Positions 1-9,644 of a stretch of 16,915 bases of DNA are shown here, piece by piece (the stretch's first letter is position 1; each line of letters begins with the position of its first letter). Source of the stretch: Caecitellus pseudoparvulus (taxonomy: Eukaryota > Protista > Bigyra: Bicosoecida); NCBI GenBank assembly GCA_965644315.1, contig CBFFRQ010000206.1, positions 1 through 16,915 on the forward strand. Reading direction: 5' to 3'. The translations under genes and the position numbers were made by a program. Below the pieces are notes generated by a model. It worked only from the letters and a program-made list of their open reading frames with translations. It had not been told where the DNA came from and did no database searches.

Positions 1-3000
1 CTGAAGATTTTTGATGGTCTAAACCCTCGAGCACGGCCAGCGAAGTTGGCCCTCGCTGCCCTTGAGAAGCTAGAGGTACGTTGCTGCCTGCATGTTTCGC
101 GCTTGTATGAAGCTCTGTTCCCCGCACTTTGATTGCTTTTCTTCACAGACACCTCCAGACGTAAACCTGGTGCAAGCTTTCGTTTCAAGCGGCTTCATTT
201 CCCAAGTTGACATTGGGATTCGATTCGAGAAGGATAGTACCAAGAAACAGATTCAAGTTCTTGCCTCTCTTCTTGAGTTGACAATGGACGTTAGCTTGAA
301 GCTGTGTCAAGAAGGTGAACTGATCAGCTCGATCGGGGTAGAGTTCGAAAACCGCGTTGCTCAAGTGTGGGCGGAGAAGTTGCCGACGTACTTATGCAAA
401 GCAAAGGCCGAACTGTTGAGGATCGAAACACATGAAGCTGGTGGTGCTGAGTTGTGGGAGATCCTGGAGCGGTCTGGGGTTGTGAAGACCTCTCTGGAGA
501 TGGTGCAAGATGCGGCGAAGGGACTAGCCACGGTCAAGGTTCTGGGGAAAGTTTGTTCGCACTCTGTGGACTCTCTGGCCGAGTGTGACATTGACAAGTT
601 ATTTGAGGATCACGTGCCTGAGCATGTATCCGCAAACTGGATGTCCAGCTTCAAAGCGCAGCTGGAAGCGGCCGTTCGCACTGCATGGTTCAACAGTCAA
701 GCTCGGGCGCTGGGAGTTGTGAACTTGGCCGTGCCACTCCGTGCACTGCTGCTGTTGAAGAAGCGAGGCGAAGACGCGGCCAAGAAGCAGCTCGAAGATG
801 CGGGTGTTGTGGATAAGCAGTTCATCCAGAGACTCCTCAACACAGACGAAGCAACTTTGGATGTCTTGGTGGACAACTTCGGCTGGATGCTCGAGGCCGG
901 GGATGCCTTCCTACGAAAAAATGCGACAGTGTGGGACGTTTTCGAAGCGCTAATGACAGGGCTCGCCGAGGAAAAGTGCCTTCCGAATGCCGAAGAAGGC
1001 GAAAAGGGCATCGAGTGGACGACAGGGTGCTCTCCCATCTTCATGGACGGCATTTTGGAGGCTGTGGTTCTCCGCTTGCCTATCTGGAATGGCCAGCCGT
1101 TTCTGTTTGGACACGACAAGACAGGCTTGACAGAGGTTCCCTTTGGAGACTTGTCTCTGCAAGGCTTGCGACCAACAACGTACGGCATCCGCCCTGAATC
1201 ACCTTCGACTATGCTGCGTAAGGACCTATCCGTGACGACGTATGTCCTGACTCGTGGGCGAGTGAAACTGTTTGAGAAGGCCACCAAAACTTGCTTTGGA
1301 ACTCAGCTTGGGGTCATGACAACAGCCTCTCACGGAACTGGCAAATCTGCGTCAATGCGAGCGTTGGCGTTAATGTTGGGCCTTGGCGCAGGCGGCGATG
1401 TGATGTACTTGCCCAAGTCAGAAGTGTTGGTGCCAGGCACAGAAACGTTCAAAAAGCGAGCGCGCAGTCTGATGGAAGGCGGGCTTGCGCTGTCCTGCGC
1501 CAAAAGTCTCAAGAAGCCTGAGTTGTGCCAAGACATGGCGTCGATTGGCATTTATGGTGCTGACGCACACGAAGCCCTGGAACGCACGATGGTTCGTGGA
1601 GGTTCAGTGTTCCATCACAACGGCAAACAAGAGGGGGACTTTCCCACCCCTAGCTTGCTCATCATTGACGAAGCCAACAGTGTGCAAGGCGAGCTGCTCC
1701 GTCGCGAAGCATTGTCCGGAAGTGACGGCCAGCCTGCTGAGGAGGACAGCCAGCATGCCCAGTGGTGGTACCAACTGAAGGAGTTGTTCAAGTGGACAGA
1801 GGGCTCGAGCAAGGTCTTTGCATTCTCGCCTGATTTTCACGCAAGCCTTTTTGAGAAGAAAATCTACGAGCCTGTGGAAGAGCTGTTTGAAATCAAGACT
1901 TCCAACGACATGTATCATCCCTTCTTTGAGATGGAACGCATGAGGCCCGAGCTTGCGCTCCGGCTCATGCTGGGGCCAAAGGATGGCAAAGGCTCACTTG
2001 GGTTGTCAAAGAAGGTTGGCAGGGTCGCAGACATGCCAGCAGGTCACGATTCCTCCCTTCAGCTGCCTCCTCGGGCAATGGAAGCTCTGCGCACGAAGAG
2101 CAATTTGAAAATGCTCAAAGACTTCATTGAGTCTGTTGATGGCGTCGCTCGTCCGCTGAGCCATGCTGCGGAATTCGCAAAGTCAAGCACGGTTGTTGGT
2201 CCCACCTATTTCTCCGCGGCTGTGTGGCGAGCGTGGATAGAGGTTCGGGGTGACATGGAAAGGCGGTGTCTCAAGAAACTCCAAAGTTTGACCTCGAAGA
2301 ATCTGGTGGACAATAAGCCAGGCGTGGCCATGTTCCTGGATCACTCCATGGCTGCCTCGTCGATCCTCACCAGGGTCAACCCTGACATCTTGGAGTTGCA
2401 CGGGAACGTGGACTTCGCATCTCACATAGCAAGGCATGCTTTCATACGGGCGCTGCTGAGGCGCCACCGAGAAATTGCCGGGTCAAATGCTGACCAGGCA
2501 ACAAAGGATGCTTGGGACAGACTGCTGAACGGGGTGGCCCACCTTGGTGATGGCACCCACTTTGAGCACACTGTGGCAAGTCTGCTGGAGATGGGCATGT
2601 TTGGCTCCGACTACACACCGCTGTCAAAGTCAGCAGACAGAGAGCCAGTTGAAATGCTTCGAAGCTACTTCTACACCAAGGGCACCAACGCATTTTCCAA
2701 AGCCCAAACAAAGGAAGCAGCCGAGGGTGCCGGGCTTTCAGCCGCTGACGTATATGCCGTGCAGACCCTGAAGCCTGAGAGTGTACATGTGGTACGCACG
2801 CCCCACAGCTTTCCGGCTGTGGACTTTGTTGTTTTCCGGCGTCCACCCTCGCCAACTCCAGGGGCGGAACACAATCGAGCAAAGCTGCAGGTGGCTTTCA
2901 TTGAGACCACCGTGTCTTCCCTAGAAACTCATGGGCAGAGCCGCAAATTGAAGAATCTTGCCGTTTCTTCAAATGGCTCGCTCACGACGGGCGAGGTTGT

Positions 3001-3643
3001 ACTACCACAGTCCCTCAGAGACATCGCGAACCTCGCTTGCAACGTCAAGTACTTCACGGAAGTCGAAGGGTCACAGATGAAGTTTAGGAAGTCGAATCTT
3101 ATGGGTCGGAAGAAAACCACGATGGCGAACGCCATCCTGTGGACGTTTGGCGTGCCCGTCGACCTCAACTGTACAGTTCAGTGCTATTCCAAGAAGGAGT
3201 TCGGCAGGCTTATCATGGAGCCACAAGTGTTGTCCGGCACATCGCGAAGCAACGCTCTTGCCAATGCTGCTCAGTTGCTCCAAACACATAAAGATGCTGA
3301 TGAAGAGGATGATGATATTGGAACTCTTGAAGTGGCAACCAGTGAAAGCCTAGAAGGTGAACATGCAGACGAGAGGGCAGTTGCTGTGGAGGTCAGTGAG
3401 AGCGGAGCAGTGGCAGCCGAAGCGAAGGAGGAGTTGGAGAACCTTCCACTTGCGGCAGCCATCCAGGAAAGCAGTGATGTTGAGTTCTTCTTCATCTACT
3501 GCACACCACAGCCAATAGACGAGGGCAGTCACTCACCTGAGGTGGCGACAATCCCAGGCTTCTACGGAGTGTTTGAGCTAGGGTTCCTTCCTCCAGAAAT
3601 GAAGTCCCTGGAAGTCCCCGTGCCAGCCCAAGAAAAGAAGTAA
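1..3643 (+). CDS. Crinkler/RHS-type (CR) protein with P-loop NTPase plus C-terminal PD-(D/E)xK-like REase domain; 5'-partial, exons <1-75 and 149-3643
   Basis: Seen: Walker A-like TTASHGTGKS (~1325-1348), Walker B LLIIDE (~1655-1672), and GTHFE...PHSFPAVDFVVF...VAFIETTVS...H (~2550-2935). Established: NTPase followed by a P-x-x-F-P-x-x-D...(Q/E)-x-T-V...H REase is the CR/RHS effector architecture. Bases 1-75 are an open frame (LKIFDG...LEKLE) that splices in phase 0 to TPPD at 149, so the ATG at 92 is probably intronic. Ends in TAA. Confidence 0.7.
76..148 (+). other. Spliceosomal intron (73 nt, phase 0)
   Basis: GAG|GTACGT donor, pyrimidine-rich TTGCTTTTCTTCACAG acceptor; removal joins two open frames. 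Confidence 0.75.
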
Positions 3644-3686
3644 TGCAATGCTGGTCACATGTCTCCCACCACATCCACTCCATACC

Positions 3687-4036
3687 TGCTCCTCTTCCGA
3701 TCCACCTCGCCCAGGAGCGAGGTGGATCGGCATGATCCAGGCGCCAGGCGTGGCGGCCGTGTAGCGGGCTCGCCGCGCGAGGTCCGCGGCGGGCTGCCCG
3801 CGTTTCACGCCTGCGCCCTGAAGTTGAGCTTCTACCACGTGATCAAACACGGTCTTACAGTACCGAATGCACGTTTTCAGGACCTTCGTCCATCCGGGAG
3901 GTGCGGCGACCACCTCGTGGGGCCAGTAGAAACTTTTGCCCTCTGCGGCACCCCCAGAATTCGGGAGCAACTTTTGTCGCAAGGGCCCAGCAAATGCCTC
4001 CAATGCCTCAACGGCTTCCAGTGGGCCCTGGGACAG
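3687..4036 (-). mobile_element. 350-bp fragment of the 3' coding end of the non-LTR retrotransposon (copy of 9658-10007)
   Basis: Ungapped hand alignment with offset 5971 gives about 31 mismatches in 350 nt (~91% identity); translations are nearly identical (EALEAFAGPLRQKLLPNSGGAA...HLAPGRGG). Confidence 0.92.
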
Positions 4037-4822
4037 CGTGTGTGCGTGTTTCAAACGCAAGCTCTGCTTCATGTGCATTTCGTTGGATCAACAATCAGCG
4101 GACGGGCAGTGGCTCCAGCGTTGGGAGAGCAGCCTTTGACATTTTCAATGCAAGCTTCCGCCCAAGCAAGAACTACTAATTAGGGGGCTGTTGCTGAAGC
4201 TTTGCCCTTCCGGGCAGGTTTCGAGGCATGCAGTTCATCGCGTGGCGAGCCAGGGGCGAGCGTTGTCTCACCAGATTGAGGCCGTGCCGCCGCAAGTGCC
4301 CGCCAAACAAATGATTCTCGCATTTTCGAAATCTAATCAGGCTGTATGCACATTCCACTGCTGTCGACACTCTTGATCAGCCATGATTTTGTGGGCAGCG
4401 ACACGCAACAGCTGACGCTGCTGTTGGGATGAGCCAGTCAACCATCTCGTGAAGACTGGAGACGAGAGCCTGAGAGATGGGAGAACAGGACGGCGAACGT
4501 GAAGTCTGAGCGCTGTAGAAACTGTTCCGATATCTGTATTTCTGACATCTATCCGCAATAAAGGGCCAGGGGGCTGTACAGTGCAGGCAGCTGAGCTGCG
4601 GAAATTGGTTGTGCCTGCCACGACTGGCGCAGTCGATGCTGGAGAAGCTGACGCAGGGAAGGGGCGTCCGCAACGATGGGCAAACAAGTGCCATGAGGTT
4701 ATGGTCTTCTGTGAGGCATGAAGGCTGTGAGTCCCTTCCGGTGCCGCTTTTGCCCGGAGAGTTCGCCGCTGCGGTAGAGTTTGCTTGCGCTTGTGACGCT
4801 GGCGTCTAGCAGGCCAAGTTAG

Positions 4823-7800
4823 ATGCGGGGAGTCGGAGATCCAGCCACGCCTTCCTCGTCAGCTGCATCCACCCCCAGCAATTCTCCCTCTGTGACGCCA
4901 TCAGTGACAGCAACTCGCAGCGTGACCCGGTCATCAAGGCCGCCCGTGTGGCTCTCCTCGACTGTGCAGCAAGAAGTGGCCTTGAATGGGCGCACCATCG
5001 TAGCAGCACTGCACGATCCAGCGGTGCTGTTAGTTGGTGCATAGACAGGGACCAGTGTTGGCGCCCCCCTGTTTCCATCTGATGCAGCAAACCCGACGTC
5101 TGCTGCAACTCTGGTTCTTTTGAGCGTGTCTTGCATCGATACGAGGCTTGAGGCTTAGGGTCCATGTTTGCACTCGACAGACTGGTGGAGGGTGACTCGA
5201 ACCTTTCCGTCTACGTTTCCACGCTTGGCCGTCTCCCTTTCCTTGCAGCTTGGGCCTGCCGCAGTTGATGGGCTGCCACGACTCCCCAGCTCGTACTTGG
5301 AGTCGACTGGGAACTCGAGAGCATTTGACCTTGTGGTTCACGTCCGTGGCGTCGTAGGCTTGAATGCGACTGCAGTCGTGCCTGTGAAGGTGGTCGACTT
5401 GGCCCAAAGTTCAGCGCCACTGCCTTCCATCGCCCCGTCCAGGTCGCCCCTCGTGCGCCCGTCGAGCAGCAGAACGCCAACGCCAACGGCATCCAGCAGT
5501 GCATCCACCCAGCCAACGAAATCACCCGTTGCCTCTCCCTCGTCCACCGCCAGCGTCACTCCTCAACCCCTGCCGTTCCTCACCGCCTTCCCTGTGGAAG
5601 TGGGCGCTGCTTTCGAGCTGAACGGACAGTCTGATACAAAGGCTCAAGCTGTCATCGTGTCCAGTGCCGAACACGTGCACTGGGACGCTCAGGTTTCCTT
5701 TCGGGGCCAACAGCAGGGCTGGCTGACGCTGTCTGCATCCCAGAAGGCGCGACTCCCCGCAAACCAAGGCCAGCAAGGAGTCGTCTTGACCATGCAGTCT
5801 GCGAACCTTCCTCCTGGTCTGCACCGGGCCACTGTTACCTTCCAGGTAAACTCGACGGCTTCAAACGAAGCGGCTGGCGGGGCAACTGGGCGACTTCGGG
5901 TGGCCGACCTTTTGCCTGTCATTGTGCAGGTTTCATAGCGGGTCATCGCGCCGATCTCGGACATACGGCCTCGCATGGTGGAGCGCAACTTCATCCCAGG
6001 CGGCAACAGCACCCAACAGCTGCTTCTGCGAAACGTCGGGTCTGGCACCCTGACCTGGAGACTTGACCACGCGGACGCTACATTGGCACCATGGCTCGCA
6101 GTGTGCACCCCAGCAGGTGTATGTGGCCATGCTGGAGGCACCGGCTCCGACATTGCTTCCGTGCTTGCCAGTGAGCAGGGCGTCGTTTCCGTCGGCTCCC
6201 TTCGAGAAGAGTCAGGGGTGCTGCAGGGGTCTCTTGGCGTGGGTGAGCGTGTGCACCTCACAGTCTGGCTGGTTTCCCCGGGTGCAGCTGTCAGCGGGCT
6301 GTTTTCGAGCACCCTGCGCTTGCGCACGAATGAGTACGATCCCATGTCCAAAGCTGGGCAGCTTGATCATGTGCTGCCGGTGACCATGCGCTCTACGCTG
6401 CTTTCTGTGGTCCCTGGCACGGTGTCGCTGGCAGTGGCGCCCAGCAAGGAAGCCTCCGGCGTCGCCATCCTGCAAACGTTGGCATCCTTCGCTGATCTAC
6501 ACGTGCAAGTGGTACCGTCGCAGGGCACCATGTCCACAGCCACATGGCTGCAAACAACCACGACAAAGGATGAGCTCTTGCTGCCTGCTTCCACTGGGCA
6601 ACTGGTGGTGCATTTCAGCGTTGTGCATGGGGGTGAGCTGTGTCTTGGACCATGGCCACCACTTGGACTTCTGTGCGGCAGCAGAGAGCTAGCGGCAACA
6701 ATCCTGGTGCGCATCACTGCATCTGGGGCAGAAGGTGCGTCAGGTGCGACAGACGTGGCTGCGCTGGCTGCGTACGAAGAAATCCGGGCCATCCCTGTGC
6801 GAGTGCAAGTGCGCGGTGGAGGGGCATTCTCGCACACGAGCAGATTCATGCTGATCGATGCAGTTTCGTGGCCCAAACGCGCTGACCGCGAAGTGATCGC
6901 CATTCAGTCTGCTTTGAGCGGGCAACGCAACATGTCCATGGTGGATGCCTCAGCGTCTGGAAGCACAAACATTGTTTCCGAGCGGCAGCAAGTGGGGCTC
7001 TTGCTTGATGCCCGAGATGCCACAAGTCGCGAAGTGGAGTCCCTCGTTGAGTTACCGCAAGTGCGCCAGCTAGTGACTGGCGAAGCCGACCTGACTGTCG
7101 GGCTCGCCGCCCTGGACGAAGGGCGTGCCGTACTGCAAGTCCAACCGTCTCAGCCACAAACTACGCTGCTCAGATCCTCTATCTCTGGGCAAGCCATATA
7201 TCCGTATCTGTCACGGGGTGCGGTGGCTGTGCCTGCTGTGGTAGTGAGCCCAACTTGCCGCACCGACAGCGAGGTGCTGGCTGACTCGCAGATGGACTGC
7301 ATTTGTGCCACGGGCTGGCAGCGCCGCCAGAGCACCAATGACACTTTTGGGCTTCGTTGTGAATGCTGCCCTCCTGGAACAATCCGCGCCAACGTAGAGA
7401 ACCAAGAGGCCGCATGCACGCAGTGCCCTGGCGGCACGTTCGCCAACCTGGCCCAGACCAAGTGCTTGCAGTGCCCCTTGAACGGCGTCAGCTGTGCTGC
7501 TGGGCAGTTCAGGCCTCGCCCGGGTTTCTGGTGTGATACCTGCGTGACCGATGCGTCCACGGTGCCATCACACCCCAAGCTGCAGGAAAGGTACTGGAGC
7601 AAGCTGAAAGATGTGGCCAGTGCCGAGCTGCAGGGTGACACAACCAGCGCTGATTCGCCCGCGAGACGGCGTCTGCAAGCACTTGTGAATGAGACAGCTG
7701 AGTTGCAGGCCGCAGTCGCAGGGAAAGCGGTTCTTTACGCTGGTGCGAGCATCCTTCAGTGCACGCCTCCAGATGCGTGCAGGCCTGTAGCGAACTCGAG

Positions 7801-9106
7801 TGGCATCTCCTGCGTGCCTGGGCACAGGGGCATCCTCTGTGGCGAGTGTGCTGAAGGCTGGGCAAGGTCCAGCCCACAGCTGCTCTGTGTGAAGTGCCCC
7901 GATGACAGTTTTGGCTTTCTGCAGAGCATCGGCTCTTGGGTTTTGTTCGCGGGGCTCCTCGTTTACTTGGCCCTGCGCACGAGTGATCGGGAGAGCAAGG
8001 AGGGGCAAAGCAGGGGCCTGCTCATTGGAGTCTTCCGTGTCATGACCGGCTGGGCCCAGATGTTCGCAGTGCTGCTGAGTACCCGCTTGCCGCCTGAAAG
8101 CGCGTTGGATGGCATCATGGCGTGGCTCTCCTCAGTGTCAGTCGGCGTCAGCACCAACCCGGTCCCTGTCCAGTGTGCCTTGCGCGCAGACATGTACACT
8201 CGCTTCTTCATCACCCTGAGCATACCCATTGCTGCAGTGAGCATTCCGTTGATCGTAGCGGGTGTGACCAGCATCTTGCAGCGGCAAAGCCACGCAGTGC
8301 TGCAGGCTGCTGCTGAGAGGTATGCTGAGGAGAAGGGTGGGGGCTCAGTTGGCGGGGAAGGCGCTGCCGAGTCTGGGATGGTGGCGCCACAGCCCCTTGC
8401 CGCTTCCACTCCTCCCAAGAAAGAGGGTGCTCTGGTTGATGATACATTTGCCTTCCCTGCGCCAAAGACCCTGGTGTCTCCAACTTCCAGGCCTTCCGCG
8501 CTGGTTCCAAGGTCCACCTCATTCCAAGACGACACAGGCCCGACCGACCCATCTCCAGCAGCGAGATGGACATCTACGTGGGCTGACTTGGACGATCTGG
8601 CCGAGGCTGACGAAGAGTCAGAAGGCTCAGTTGTCATTGATATGCGCAAGCCGCGATCAAGCCGCGGCCAGGCGGCAGCGCAGGCTGAAGCAGCTGTGAT
8701 GCCTGGCGCACCGCCGGCTCACCCTGCAAGCATGCGCTCTGAGGAGAAAGCTGTGCTGGCAAAGACTGTGGACCTCTTCAAGCAGCGGGCGAGGTGTGCT
8801 GAGCAAGCGCATCGCGCAGCCTTCATCCTGCTCTTGCTGGTGCACTTCCCTGTAGTCGAGGCATGTCTGCGCATGCTGGACACGTACGACTTCCGAATCC
8901 TGGGCTTCCTGTTCCTCCGTTCAGAGCACTGGCCCGCACCATGGTTCGGGCGCTGCCGAAGGCTTATCAGAACCAAATTGTGCCGCGACAACTTGGGTGG
9001 CTTCGACAAAAGACTTTTCAGCTCTGTCTGCGATGGCACGTGGAGACAACTTCCATCCGCTGCTTGGGCACGGGGGTCCATGGCTGGGCTTGCAGCGCCT
9101 CCATAG
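4823..9106 (+). pseudogene. Large cell-surface multipass membrane protein gene (Ser/Thr/Pro linkers, cadherin-like and Ig-like domains, Cys-rich repeats, TM helices), interrupted by three in-frame TAG codons and probably 3'-truncated near 8925
   Basis: ORFs 4823-5044, 5168-5938 and 5975-9106 share one frame, separated only by TAG at 5042, 5156 and 5936. Motifs: GTSVGAPL..SD and FDLVVHVRG...VPVKVVD (cadherin-like), QQLLLRNVGSGTLTW (Ig/BACON-like), CxxCPxGTF and CVPGHRGILCGECAEGW (Cys-rich repeats typical of protist multipass receptors), several hydrophobic helices. True start and end are uncertain. Confidence 0.6.
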
Positions 9107-9420
9107 TCAAAGCCAGTGCCTACGCAGAGGCAGCACCGTTGCTGTGGCGCTGTGGGCGGTGAGCAATGTGCTTTAGCAGCGCACCTGGATCATAGCCCAC
9201 GACTTCTGACGAATATCTGGGCATTTGCACCACGAAATGGTGCGAGGTGTCCGACTCTGCGCTGCATGGAGGCTTAGGAAGTTCAATGCATTGTAGCCTC
9301 TTGTTTTCACCACACTCACCTCACACTTGCTCCTCGAAAGAAGCGGGCCACGGTTCTCGCTTGCGTCGCGCACATATCTTGCACGAAACATGGTGAGTCA
9401 CCATGTGAAGTAAGCTTGTT
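8925..9420 (-). pseudogene. Possible fragment of an intron-containing host gene on the minus strand (introns 9262-9319 and 9120-9184)
   Basis: Minus-strand GTGAGT...CCATGCAG (58 nt) and GTGCGC...CTGCGTAG (65 nt); splicing both keeps an open frame (...FFRGASVS AESDTSHHFVVQMPRYSSEVVGYDPG TGFDYGGAASPAMDP...). No homology evidence is available. Confidence 0.3.
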
Positions 9421-9644
9421 CTTTTCAGAACATGGTACTTTAATGTTCTTCGTCGTCATTCAGGCGTTCGGCGCCTGTTGGGTGAGTTGGGCGCGGGTTT
9501 CGGCCTTGGCGTGTTGGGGGCGCCGCGGCGACCCCGCGCACACCTCACCACCCCGCGACCCAGAACAACCCCGCCGCGCGTTACGACACTGGGAATTTCG
9601 GAATAACATCTTAGAATGCACTATCAACCCAAAGCAAGCTTTTA

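Noticed and set aside
361-3532. Many short antisense and alternate-frame ORFs over the CR gene
   Set aside because: Shadow ORFs of a long GC-rich CDS with no recognisable motifs.
3578-4183. ORFs 3578-4078, 3659-4183 and 9416-10063 as independent genes
   Set aside because: They are sense or antisense readings of the LINE 3' segment running into unrelated flanks.
4037-4717. Short ORFs between the LINE fragment and the membrane gene
   Set aside because: No motif or consistent frame; possibly decayed coding sequence but not supportable.
4180-5160. Isolated TTAGGG hexamers (4180, 5155)
   Set aside because: Single copies are expected by chance; no interstitial telomeric array.
5930-5999. Possible intron GTTTCA...ATCCCAG removing the TAG at 5936
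   Set aside because: 70 nt would shift the frame, and the enclosed sequence reads as the start of an Ig-like domain.
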